NCBI GenBank assembly: GCA_050115495.1
Contig: JASFQK010000049.1
Coordinates: forward strand, 1-41,779
Length of the DNA: 41,779 nucleotides
Direction of reading: 5' to 3'
Origin: Phycisphaerae bacterium
GTDB taxonomy: Bacteria; Planctomycetota; Phycisphaerae; UBA1845; Fen-1342
Below, in pieces: positions 25,135-33,212 of the stretch. Position numbers and translations under genes: made by a program. Below the pieces are notes generated by a model, which was given only the letters and a program-made list of their open reading frames with translations, had not been told where the DNA came from and did no database searches. The first letter of the stretch is position 1, and each line of letters opens with the position of its first letter.

Positions 25135-27084
25135 ATGGACCCGCTCAAAATCGGACATGTTATCGGAGTTGAGGGCGACTGCGTCGAAGTGCAGATCGCC
25201 CGCGACGACCTGCGCCTCGAATACCACGGCACGACGTACCGCGTCGGCCGGCTCGGAACTTACGTCACCATCCCGCTCGAACGGCTGACGTTGATCGGCT
25301 ACATCACGCGCGTCGGTGCGTCCGGCGACCTCGAGCCGCTGCCCGATCCTGGGCGTCCGCGACGGATCACCATGACCGTGCAACTGCTGGGCACGGTGCG
25401 CAACGACAAGTTCACCCGCGGCGTGAACGAGTACCCGACGCTGGGCGACCCCGTGCGTCTGGGCGTGGACGAGGACTTCGAGCTGATCTTCGGCTGCTTC
25501 GACGAGCTCGCCGGCGGTGGCGACCAGCGCAAGGCGTTCTCCATGGGCCGGTTCGCCGTGGACACCGACTTTCAGGTGAAGGTGCTGGGCAAGGACTTCT
25601 TCGCCAAGCACGTCGCCGTCATGGGTAACAGCGGTTCGGGCAAGAGCGTCACGACCGCCAAGATCATCCATGAAGCGCTGCAACTGCCGCACACGCAAAT
25701 CGTCATGTTCGACATGCACGGCGAGTACCTGGCGGCCTTCAGCGACGACAACGGCCGCCCCCTGCCGAACGTGACCTACCTCTCCGACCGCAACCTGGTC
25801 CTGCCCTACTGGATGCTGCGCTTCGAGGAGTTCGAGCAGCTCTTCATCGACACGAACAACCCGGCGAACATCAACGCCCAGCGCGTCTTCCTGCGCTCGG
25901 CGTTTGAGAAGCTCAAAAAGCAGGCCGCAACCGAACTGGGCCTGCTCTGCGAGTACACCATCGACACGCCGATCTACTACTCGCTCGACAACCTGCACAC
26001 CTACGCCCTGAACATGAACGAAGCCCGCTTCGTGCTGAACTCGCAGAACTACGCCTTCGCCCGGCTGCCCTTCCGGCAGCTTCCGCCGGACCGGCAGGAG
26101 CAGATGCTGCTCACGCAGCGCATGGAGTTCAACAAGGGCAACGCGGAGGGCGAGGTGCCGCACGCGGCGTTCCACGGGCGGCTGCTGGGTTTCGTCAACC
26201 AGATGGAAACGCGGCTGAACGACCGCCGCTACGACTTCCTGTTGCGGCCCTTCGATCAGGCGGAGCGTAACCCGGAGCTGGCCGGCCTGCTGCGCGCCGA
26301 CGGTACGCCGGGGACGCTGAGCCAGAGCGTGGCCGCGGTGATCCGGCAGATGCTCGGCCGGCACGAGCAGCGCCGTAACCTCACGATCGTGGACCTGTCG
26401 GGTCTGCCCTTCGAGGTGGTGGACACGACGGTGGCCGTGCTGACGCGGACGCTGTTCGACTTCAATTTCTGGTCGCCGCCGGACGTCCGCCAGCCGTTCG
26501 TCCTGGTCTACGAGGAGGCGCACAACTACCTGCCGCGGCGTGATCGCAGCGAACGCATGTTCGCCCGTGAGGCCGTCGAGAAGGTGGCCAAGGAAGGCCG
26601 CAAGTACGGCGTGTCGGCGATGATCGTCTCGCAGCGGCCGAGCGAAATCTCCGAGACCATCCTCAGCCAGTGCAACTCGATGGTCCTGATGCGCATGAAC
26701 AACCCCGACGACCAGGAATACGCCGCCCGCGTCGTCAGCGACCAGTTCCGCTCGCTGATAAGCCTGCTGCCGAGCATGCGGCCGGGCGAGGGGTTCATCA
26801 TCGGCGACTCGGTGCTGATGCCCATGCGCACGTTGATCGACATGCCGCCGAGGCTGCCCCGTAGCGGCGACGTCGACTTCTTCGGATTGTGGAGCCGAGG
26901 GGTCGAGGGCGGCGACGTCGAGCAGATCATCGACCGCTGGTGGCGGCAGGACCGCTCGGCGCTCAACGCCGACCCGGCCGCGGCCGACGAAGCCCCGCCA
27001 CCCGCACCGCGCGACGCGGCGACCGGCGCCAGCGCCAAGCTGGCCGAACTGGCGGCCATGCTCGCCGAGCCGTCAGACGACTGA
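25135..27084 (+). CDS. HerA/FtsK-family ATPase (HAS-barrel + DUF87-type)
   Basis: N-terminal IGHVIGV barrel, YPTLGDPV, HVAVMGNSGSGKS, FDMHGEY, VYEEAHNYLP, KEGRKYG, SQRPSE; GGAG RBS before ATG at 25135. Confidence 0.9.
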   Translation: MDPLKIGHVIGVEGDCVEVQIARDDLRLEYHGTTYRVGRLGTYVTIPLERLTLIGYITRVGASGDLEPLPDPGRPRRITMTVQLLGTVRNDKFTRGVNEYPTLGDPVRLGVDEDFELIFGCFDELAGGGDQRKAFSMGRFAVDTDFQVKVLGKDFFAKHVAVMGNSGSGKSVTTAKIIHEALQLPHTQIVMFDMHGEYLAAFSDDNGRPLPNVTYLSDRNLVLPYWMLRFEEFEQLFIDTNNPANINAQRVFLRSAFEKLKKQAATELGLLCEYTIDTPIYYSLDNLHTYALNMNEARFVLNSQNYAFARLPFRQLPPDRQEQMLLTQRMEFNKGNAEGEVPHAAFHGRLLGFVNQMETRLNDRRYDFLLRPFDQAERNPELAGLLRADGTPGTLSQSVAAVIRQMLGRHEQRRNLTIVDLSGLPFEVVDTTVAVLTRTLFDFNFWSPPDVRQPFVLVYEEAHNYLPRRDRSERMFAREAVEKVAKEGRKYGVSAMIVSQRPSEISETILSQCNSMVLMRMNNPDDQEYAARVVSDQFRSLISLLPSMRPGEGFIIGDSVLMPMRTLIDMPPRLPRSGDVDFFGLWSRGVEGGDVEQIIDRWWRQDRSALNADPAAADEAPPPAPRDAATGASAKLAELAAMLAEPSDD

Positions 27085-27134
27085 CGGATGGCCCGGCGAG
27101 CGGCCGCGTTCACCCCGACCGGCAGGTCAGGGCG

Positions 27135-28652
27135 TCAGGGCAACTTGATGAACGGCACGATGTCGAAGTTGTCGATGTTTCCGTCGCCGTTGATGTCAGC
27201 GAGATCCCGATCGCAGTCCGGGTACTCGTCGTAGTATTCCGGGTAGTCCGGCGGGGTCGCCAACAACGCCAGCAGAAACGGCCGGATATCGAAGTTGTTC
27301 ACAACGCCGTCGCAGTTGAGATCGCCCAGCATCGGCGCCTGCATCCGCAGAAAGGCGTCACCCAGGTTGGTGCCTTCGCCGTCGCGCAGGGTCACCAGGA
27401 AGTAGACCTTGAGGTCGTCGGTGAGATGCACGTCGTTCGGCTGGATGCTCCGGATGAACGCGTCGTCGTCGAACTCCCCGTTGCCGTCCACGTCGATGGG
27501 GTCACCCTCGCGTACCAGCACCTTCGAGCGGTTGAAGACCAGCACGTAGTCCCGGTCGGTGTCCGGGTTGTCCGTGTTGCCGGCCAGGAGCCAGTCGCCG
27601 AGGTGGTTGCCGGTGAAGGCCCCGAACGAGTTGCCCCAGTTCTCGGTGTCGGAGATCGGGTCGCCCGTCATGGCCAGGAGCACGCCGTTGCACACCGCCC
27701 AGTCATCGTCGTTGGGGTCGTCGCCGCGGCAGTACCAGGAGCCGTCGGAGAGCATGCGAGTGAAGAAGACGGCGGCCATGGTCATGCTCGAGCCGGCCAC
27801 CGGCGAGCCTTCCTGGAGCGCGATGGCGTCGTCCACGGCGAGGATGTTGTCGATGCTTGTGTCAGGGTCTTCGGTGTCGCCCTTGGCAAACCAGTGCAAC
27901 CCGTCGGCCGTCCCGCCACAGTCGTCGTAGTCGAAGCTGTCCCAGATGCTGTTGCCGATCTGGCTCACACCCGACTGGCGGAACGACGTGTTGCCGTGGA
28001 AGAACGCCGGATAGCGGAAACTGTGGCAGTTCTGGATCGGCGTGTTGACGAAGCCCACCGTGCCGTCGTTGAACAGGTGGACCGAGTTGATGGAGTTGCC
28101 GAAGAGCTCGTCGCCGGAGGGGTTCGGTGACCGGTCGATCAGGCCGAGGGCCGGATCGCCCATCTGGATGACGATTGTCTGCGTCATGCCGTCGAAGACG
28201 ATGATCTTCTCGAAGACGGAGGAGTCGCCGCCCCGGGCCCGGCAGCTATAGGCCATGTTGCCGAAGTCGTCCCAGGCCGCCGGCACCGGCGAATCGAAGA
28301 AGTCGTACATCTCGCCGGGCAGGCCGCCCTGGATCGGCTGGCCATCCTGAGCGAACATCGTGCCCGCCGTCCCGGAACCGAGCAGGAGCAGCGTGTCGAG
28401 CGAGCTGCCCAGGTTGCAGCGTCCCTTCAGCACCCACTCGCCGCCGTCGGGCCGCAGAGCCAGATTTTCGAGGGCCGTGAACTCGGCGTAGACCGGCTGC
28501 CCGTTCTCGTCGAGCGCTCCGGGCACAACCGCGGTCGCGTGGCCGGGGATCTCCGTGTACAGAACCTCGATCGGGCCGGCCGTGGCCACGAGGCCCGCCG
28601 TCAGCACGATCACCGTCGCCAGGAAACCACTAGATGTAGATCTGATGGACAT
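27135..28652 (-). CDS. Secreted repeat protein with C-terminal dockerin-like domain
   Basis: AGGAGG RBS; signal peptide; recurring (Q/R)xG(D/S/Q)P units; C-terminal GDLNCDGVVNNFDI...DINGDGNIDNFDI (duplicated Ca-binding loops). Confidence 0.85.
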   Translation of the reverse strand: MSIRSTSSGFLATVIVLTAGLVATAGPIEVLYTEIPGHATAVVPGALDENGQPVYAEFTALENLALRPDGGEWVLKGRCNLGSSLDTLLLLGSGTAGTMFAQDGQPIQGGLPGEMYDFFDSPVPAAWDDFGNMAYSCRARGGDSSVFEKIIVFDGMTQTIVIQMGDPALGLIDRSPNPSGDELFGNSINSVHLFNDGTVGFVNTPIQNCHSFRYPAFFHGNTSFRQSGVSQIGNSIWDSFDYDDCGGTADGLHWFAKGDTEDPDTSIDNILAVDDAIALQEGSPVAGSSMTMAAVFFTRMLSDGSWYCRGDDPNDDDWAVCNGVLLAMTGDPISDTENWGNSFGAFTGNHLGDWLLAGNTDNPDTDRDYVLVFNRSKVLVREGDPIDVDGNGEFDDDAFIRSIQPNDVHLTDDLKVYFLVTLRDGEGTNLGDAFLRMQAPMLGDLNCDGVVNNFDIRPFLLALLATPPDYPEYYDEYPDCDRDLADINGDGNIDNFDIVPFIKLP

Positions 28653-28927
28653 GGGTGCCCTACCTCCTGTTCCCCCGAAAACGCGTGCGATGTCCCGCCG
28701 CTCGTCCGCCGAGCGCCGGGTCCGACCAGGACACACCTCCTCCCAAGACACCGGATTTGCCGAGATTCCCGATATGACTTCATCCGGCTCCACCGCCGGG
28801 CGGGACCCACCCATTGTACAGCGCCGGTCCCCCACCTCCGTCGGCGTTTTTGCGGACAGGCCGGGGGCGGGATGCGGCCGCGGCGGGGGGTTTCCGGCGA
28901 TCGGGAGCGGTCCCGGTTGGCGCCGGC

Positions 28928-29416
28928 CTACTTCTCGCCCAACGCCCGCCGATGCCGGAAGAACTCCCGCAGCAGCTCCGCGCACGGCTCGGCCATCACG
29001 CCGGCGACGGTCTGGAGCCGGTGGTTCAGTCGCGGGTCTTCGGTGACGGTGAAGAGCGAGCCGCAGGCCCCGGCCTTGCCGTCGGTGGCGCCGTACACGA
29101 GGCGCTCGACGCGGGCCAGCACCAGTGCCCCCGCACACATCACGCACGGCTCGAGCGTCACGTACAGCGTGCAACCACCCAGCCGCCAGTGCCCGATGTA
29201 CCCCGCCGCCGCCGTCAGGGCGATCATCTCGGCGTGGGCGGTCGGATCCTGGAGCCTCTCCCGCTGGTTGTAGCCGCGGCCGATCACGCGCTCGCCCTGC
29301 ACGACGACGGCGCCGACCGGCACGTCCTCCGAGTCGAGCGCCTTGCGCGCCAACGACAGCGCCTCCTGCATGAAGCGGCGGTCGATTTCGTCCTGATGCA
29401 AGCCGAGCACGTTCAC
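28928..29416 (-). CDS. tadA: tRNA adenosine(34) deaminase
   Basis: [40 protein letters not shown]. Confidence 0.95.
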   Translation of the reverse strand: MNVLGLHQDEIDRRFMQEALSLARKALDSEDVPVGAVVVQGERVIGRGYNQRERLQDPTAHAEMIALTAAAGYIGHWRLGGCTLYVTLEPCVMCAGALVLARVERLVYGATDGKAGACGSLFTVTEDPRLNHRLQTVAGVMAEPCAELLREFFRHRRALGEK

Positions 29417-29496
29417 TCCGGTTGGTGGGTTCGCCGACGGCGCTTATTATGCGCAGCTGAGGCCGCTTCGGCACGGCGCCCGCCAGGGAGAATGAC

Positions 29497-30069
29497 GTGG
29501 ACGGCGATTCCTTCGGTAAGTGGACGATCGACACATTTCTGGAGCGGTTGGCCTCCGCGGATCCTACGCCGGGCGGCGGTAGTGTCGCGGCGCTGAGCGG
29601 GGCGCTGGCGGCGGCGTTGGGGCAGATGGCGGCGGCCCTGACCGTCGGCAAGCCGAAGTTCGCCGCGGTCGAAGAGCCGGTGCGGGCGACAGCGGCGCGG
29701 CTGGCCCGGGCCGGGCAGATGCTCCGCCGGCTGATGGACGAGGACGCCGCGGCCTACGCCGAAGTGCACGCCGCGTTTCAGATGGACAAGGCCGACCCGC
29801 AGCGCAGCGAGCGCGTGCGGCAGGCGGCAACGCTGGCGGCGGAGGTGCCGCTGGAGACGGCGACGATCGCGTATCGCGTCCAGCAGGAGCTCATCGCCCT
29901 CCGCGAAATCGCCAACCCGAACCTCAAGGCGGACATGACCGCCGGCGTGCACCTGGCTCGCGCGGCCACGCACGCCGCGGCGGCTAACGTCCGGGCAAAC
30001 CTGCCGCTGGTCGATCCGGCGGCGGCGGCGGAACTGGAGCAGCAGCTCGAACCGCTGCTGCGCGATTGA
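29497..30069 (+). CDS. Cyclodeaminase/cyclohydrolase family protein (FTCD_C / FchA-like)
   Basis: FLERLAS.DPTPGGGSVAAL.GALAAAL..M...LT.GK; DEDAAAY; VPLETA; NVRANL. Confidence 0.9.
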   Translation: MDGDSFGKWTIDTFLERLASADPTPGGGSVAALSGALAAALGQMAAALTVGKPKFAAVEEPVRATAARLARAGQMLRRLMDEDAAAYAEVHAAFQMDKADPQRSERVRQAATLAAEVPLETATIAYRVQQELIALREIANPNLKADMTAGVHLARAATHAAAANVRANLPLVDPAAAAELEQQLEPLLRD

Positions 30070-30087
30070 GCGGGGGTACTGGCGGCG

Positions 30088-31170
30088 TCAGAGATCCGCG
30101 AGTGCGCTGCGCGTCAGGCGGGTCAGGGCGTAGTCGTCGACCTGCGATGGGGTGATCCACTTCGCTTCGGTGTGTTGGACGGGCTGCGCGCGGCCGGCAA
30201 CCAGCCGGCACGTGCACACGTGCAACCGCACAGCGCGGTGCGTGAACGCGTGGCGGAGAACGGCGCGCGGCTGGACGTCCGCCACGTCGATCCCCAGCGT
30301 CTCGGACAGCCGGGCGACCAGGGCGTCAGCCGGCGTTTCGCCCGCGCGGACTTCGCCGCCGGGGAGTTCCCACAGGCCACCGAGCAAGCCGGTCGGCGGA
30401 CGCTTCACAAGTAGGAGCCGCCCGCGACGCTGAATGAGGCCGGCGACTTCGTCGAATCGCGGCACCGGCGGGCGCTGCCGGCGGCGAGGTAGCTCATCCA
30501 CCAAGCCAGCGGCGTACGCCCCGCACCATCGCTGCACGGGGCAACGCTCGCAGTCCGGCCCGCGCGGACGGCAGATGCGCGCTCCCAGCTCCATCATTGC
30601 CTGGTTGAAATCACCTGGCTGCCGGCGGGCCAGCAGACGGTCGGCCCATGTCTGCGCCACGACGCGAGCACGGGGCGTGTCCGGCGGATCATCCAGACAC
30701 ACCAGCCGGGCGAGCACCCGCCGGACGTTCCCGTCGACAGCGGCGCACGGCTGGCCATGAGCAATGCTGGCGATCGCCGCGGCTGCATAGGGGCCGATAC
30801 CGGGTAAAGCCTGCCAGTCGGCGACATCCTGCGGCAGCCGGCCGCCACTGCACACCACGATCTGCCGGGCGGCGCGGTGCAGGTTGCGAGCCCGCGTGTA
30901 GTAGCCGAGCCCCTCCCACAGCTTCAGCACGCGGTCGAGCGGGGCGGCGGCCAGCGCCTGCACGGTGGGTAGCTCGCGCACGAACCGCTCGTAGTACGGC
31001 GACGCCGTCTCGACGCGGGTCTGTTGGAGCAGCATCTCGGAGAGCCAGATGCGATACGGGTCTTTCGTCCGCCGCCAGGGCAGGTCGCGGGCGCTACGCC
31101 GGTACCAGGCGAGGAGTGCCCGGCGGAAGGAGGCGAGCGCCCGGGGCTGATCGAGCGGGACCGCAGCCAT
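30088..31170 (-). CDS. mutY: A/G-specific adenine glycosylase
   Basis: RDLPWR..DPYRIWLSEMLLQQT, WEGLGYYTRARNL, LPGIGPY, VDGNVRRV, C-x6-C-x2-C-x5-C Fe-S motif, NUDIX-like C-terminus. Confidence 0.96.
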   Translation of the reverse strand: MAAVPLDQPRALASFRRALLAWYRRSARDLPWRRTKDPYRIWLSEMLLQQTRVETASPYYERFVRELPTVQALAAAPLDRVLKLWEGLGYYTRARNLHRAARQIVVCSGGRLPQDVADWQALPGIGPYAAAAIASIAHGQPCAAVDGNVRRVLARLVCLDDPPDTPRARVVAQTWADRLLARRQPGDFNQAMMELGARICRPRGPDCERCPVQRWCGAYAAGLVDELPRRRQRPPVPRFDEVAGLIQRRGRLLLVKRPPTGLLGGLWELPGGEVRAGETPADALVARLSETLGIDVADVQPRAVLRHAFTHRAVRLHVCTCRLVAGRAQPVQHTEAKWITPSQVDDYALTRLTRSALADL

Positions 31171-31178
31171 GATGCCGG

Positions 31179-32528
31179 TCACGCGCCCCCGCGGGCGAGG
31201 CGGGTGAAGACTTCGCCGCGGACGCGGTAGTCCTCGAACTGATCCCACGACGCACAGCCGGGCGAGAGCAGCACGACGTCGCCCGTGGTCGCCCGCTGCT
31301 GGCAGGCAGCGAAGGCGGCGGTGAGATCCGGGCAAACCTCGGCCTCGCCGCCGGCGGTCTGGATCGTCTCGGCCAGACGCGTGCCCGTCTGTCCGATGCA
31401 GGCGGCGAAACGGGCCCGCTCGGCGGCGTGGCGAGCCAGACCGTCGAGCGCGACACCCTTGTCATACCCACCGAGGATCATGAGCAGCGGGGCAGACACG
31501 GCCTGCATCGCCGTGATCGCCGCTTCGGGCGTCGTCGACTTCGAATCGTTGTAGTACGTAACGCCGTCGCGAACGGCCACGCGCTGCAACCGGTCGGGCA
31601 AAGCCTCGAAGTCCGCGAGGGCGCGAGCGGCGGCGTCGGCCGGCATACCGAGCGCGTGGGCCGCGGTCAGGGCGGCGCCGGCGTTCAGACGGTTGTGTTG
31701 GCCGGGCACGTCGAGCCGCAAGCCGGGCCAGCGCAGCGCCGGCTGATCGCCACAGCGGGCCACCGGCTCACCGTCTTCGAGACCGTACGTCCACGGTCGC
31801 CGCTCCGGGAACTGCTCGGCGAACAGGCGGCGCAGCTCGGACTGGTCTTCGAGAATGACGGCGTCCGTCGCCGGGTTCTGGAAGCGGGCGATGTTGAGCT
31901 TGGCGGCGGCGTAAGCGGCGAAATCGCCGTGCCAGTCCATGTGGTTCGGCGTGATGTTGGTGATGACGGCGACGCGCGGGCTCCAGCGGATCAGCGGCGT
32001 CCGTTCGAGCTGGAAGCTGGAAAGCTCCAGGACGACGACATCGCCGGGGGCCATCTGCGCCAGGTCGTCGAGCAGACTGCGGCCGATGTTGCCGCCCAGC
32101 CAGACGCGTCCCTCGGTTCGCGTGCGACTGAGCACGTGGCCGATCATGGCGGACGTCGTGCTCTTGCCCACCGAGCCGGTAATGCCGACAACGGGTGCCG
32201 GACATCGCTCGGCGAACAAGTTGATTTCGGTGGTCAGCGGCACGCCGGCGGCGCGGGCGGCTTCGAGCACGGGGGCGCGGTCGGGCACCGCCGGATTGAC
32301 GACGACAAGGTCCGTCTCGCGGAAGTCGGCCTTATCGTGACCGCCGAGGTGGAGCACGCAATCGAGGTCGGCGAGTTGCTCCAGGGCCGGCAGCTTGTCC
32401 GCCGGCAGCCGGTCGGTGAGGGTCACGTGTGCGCCGGCCTGCACGAGCCAGCGGGTGACACCGACACCGCCGCCGAAACGACCAAGCCCCATGACCGTAA
32501 CACGTTTATCTTTCCAGGAGTGGAACAT
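31179..32528 (-). CDS. murD: UDP-N-acetylmuramoyl-L-alanine--D-glutamate ligase
   Basis: GLGRFGGG, GITGSVGKSTT, GGNIG, LELSSFQL, H.DWHG, YNDSKST, LLSPGCASWDQF..Y..RG. Confidence 0.95.
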   Translation of the reverse strand: MFHSWKDKRVTVMGLGRFGGGVGVTRWLVQAGAHVTLTDRLPADKLPALEQLADLDCVLHLGGHDKADFRETDLVVVNPAVPDRAPVLEAARAAGVPLTTEINLFAERCPAPVVGITGSVGKSTTSAMIGHVLSRTRTEGRVWLGGNIGRSLLDDLAQMAPGDVVVLELSSFQLERTPLIRWSPRVAVITNITPNHMDWHGDFAAYAAAKLNIARFQNPATDAVILEDQSELRRLFAEQFPERRPWTYGLEDGEPVARCGDQPALRWPGLRLDVPGQHNRLNAGAALTAAHALGMPADAAARALADFEALPDRLQRVAVRDGVTYYNDSKSTTPEAAITAMQAVSAPLLMILGGYDKGVALDGLARHAAERARFAACIGQTGTRLAETIQTAGGEAEVCPDLTAAFAACQQRATTGDVVLLSPGCASWDQFEDYRVRGEVFTRLARGGA

Positions 32529-32670
32529 GACCGCCGCGCCTGCTAGGCTTTCCCGACAACGTGCGCGGCACCGGTCAGCCGAATGGGCGGCGTCGCGCGG
32601 CCGCGCCAGCGAGGCGACGGCCCGCCGCGTACAATCTTCTGCCGCCGCAAAGGCGTCAAGAGTAGCGAAG

Positions 32671-33159
32671 ATGGCAGACATCCGGATTGAACTGGCTACA
32701 CTGGCCCACCTCGACGCGATCGTGGCAAACAACATCGCCATGGCGGCGGAGACGGAGGGTCTGGCGCTGGACCCGGAAGTTGCCCGGGCGGGCGTCCGCC
32801 GGGTGCTGACCTCGGAGGAGCGTGGCCGCTATTACGTGGCCCTGGGCGGCGACCTGGTCATCGGCCAGGTGCTCATCACGCGGGAATGGAGCGACTGGCG
32901 CGACGACTGGTTCTGGTGGCTGCAAAGCGTGTATGTCCTGCCGGCGGCCCGCGGACACGGCGTATTCCGCCAGTTGCACGAGTTCATCGAGCAGAAGGCC
33001 CGCAAGACGCCCGGCGTGTGCGGCCTGCGGCTCTACGTCGACCGCAACAACGAGCACGCCCGCAAGATCTACGAGCAGATGGGCATGCACGCCGCCAACT
33101 ACGACTTCATGGAGCTAAGCTGGAAGGAGCTCGGCAGCGCCGACCCGCCGGCAGAGTAG
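32671..33159 (+). CDS. GNAT family N-acetyltransferase
   Basis: EWSDWR..FWWLQSVYVLPAARGHGVF; LRLYVDRNN..A...Y...GM. Confidence 0.9.
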   Translation: MADIRIELATLAHLDAIVANNIAMAAETEGLALDPEVARAGVRRVLTSEERGRYYVALGGDLVIGQVLITREWSDWRDDWFWWLQSVYVLPAARGHGVFRQLHEFIEQKARKTPGVCGLRLYVDRNNEHARKIYEQMGMHAANYDFMELSWKELGSADPPAE

Positions 33160-33212
33160 CGCCCGGGCAGCCGGTTGCGGCGGGGACAGCCGGCCGTTAG
33201 CCTCAACCACCC

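Noticed and set aside
21365..27084. smc + herA as an archaeal-type Rad50/Mre11/HerA/NurA or Wadjet module
   Set aside because: The SMC has a canonical hinge and condensin-type head motifs with no Zn-hook; no Mre11, NurA or JetABD genes are present; the two genes are divergent
28653..29651. N-terminal extension of the 838-aa ORF 27135..29651
   Set aside because: Overlaps tadA in another frame and the cyclodeaminase gene; a strong RBS and signal peptide place the real start at 28652
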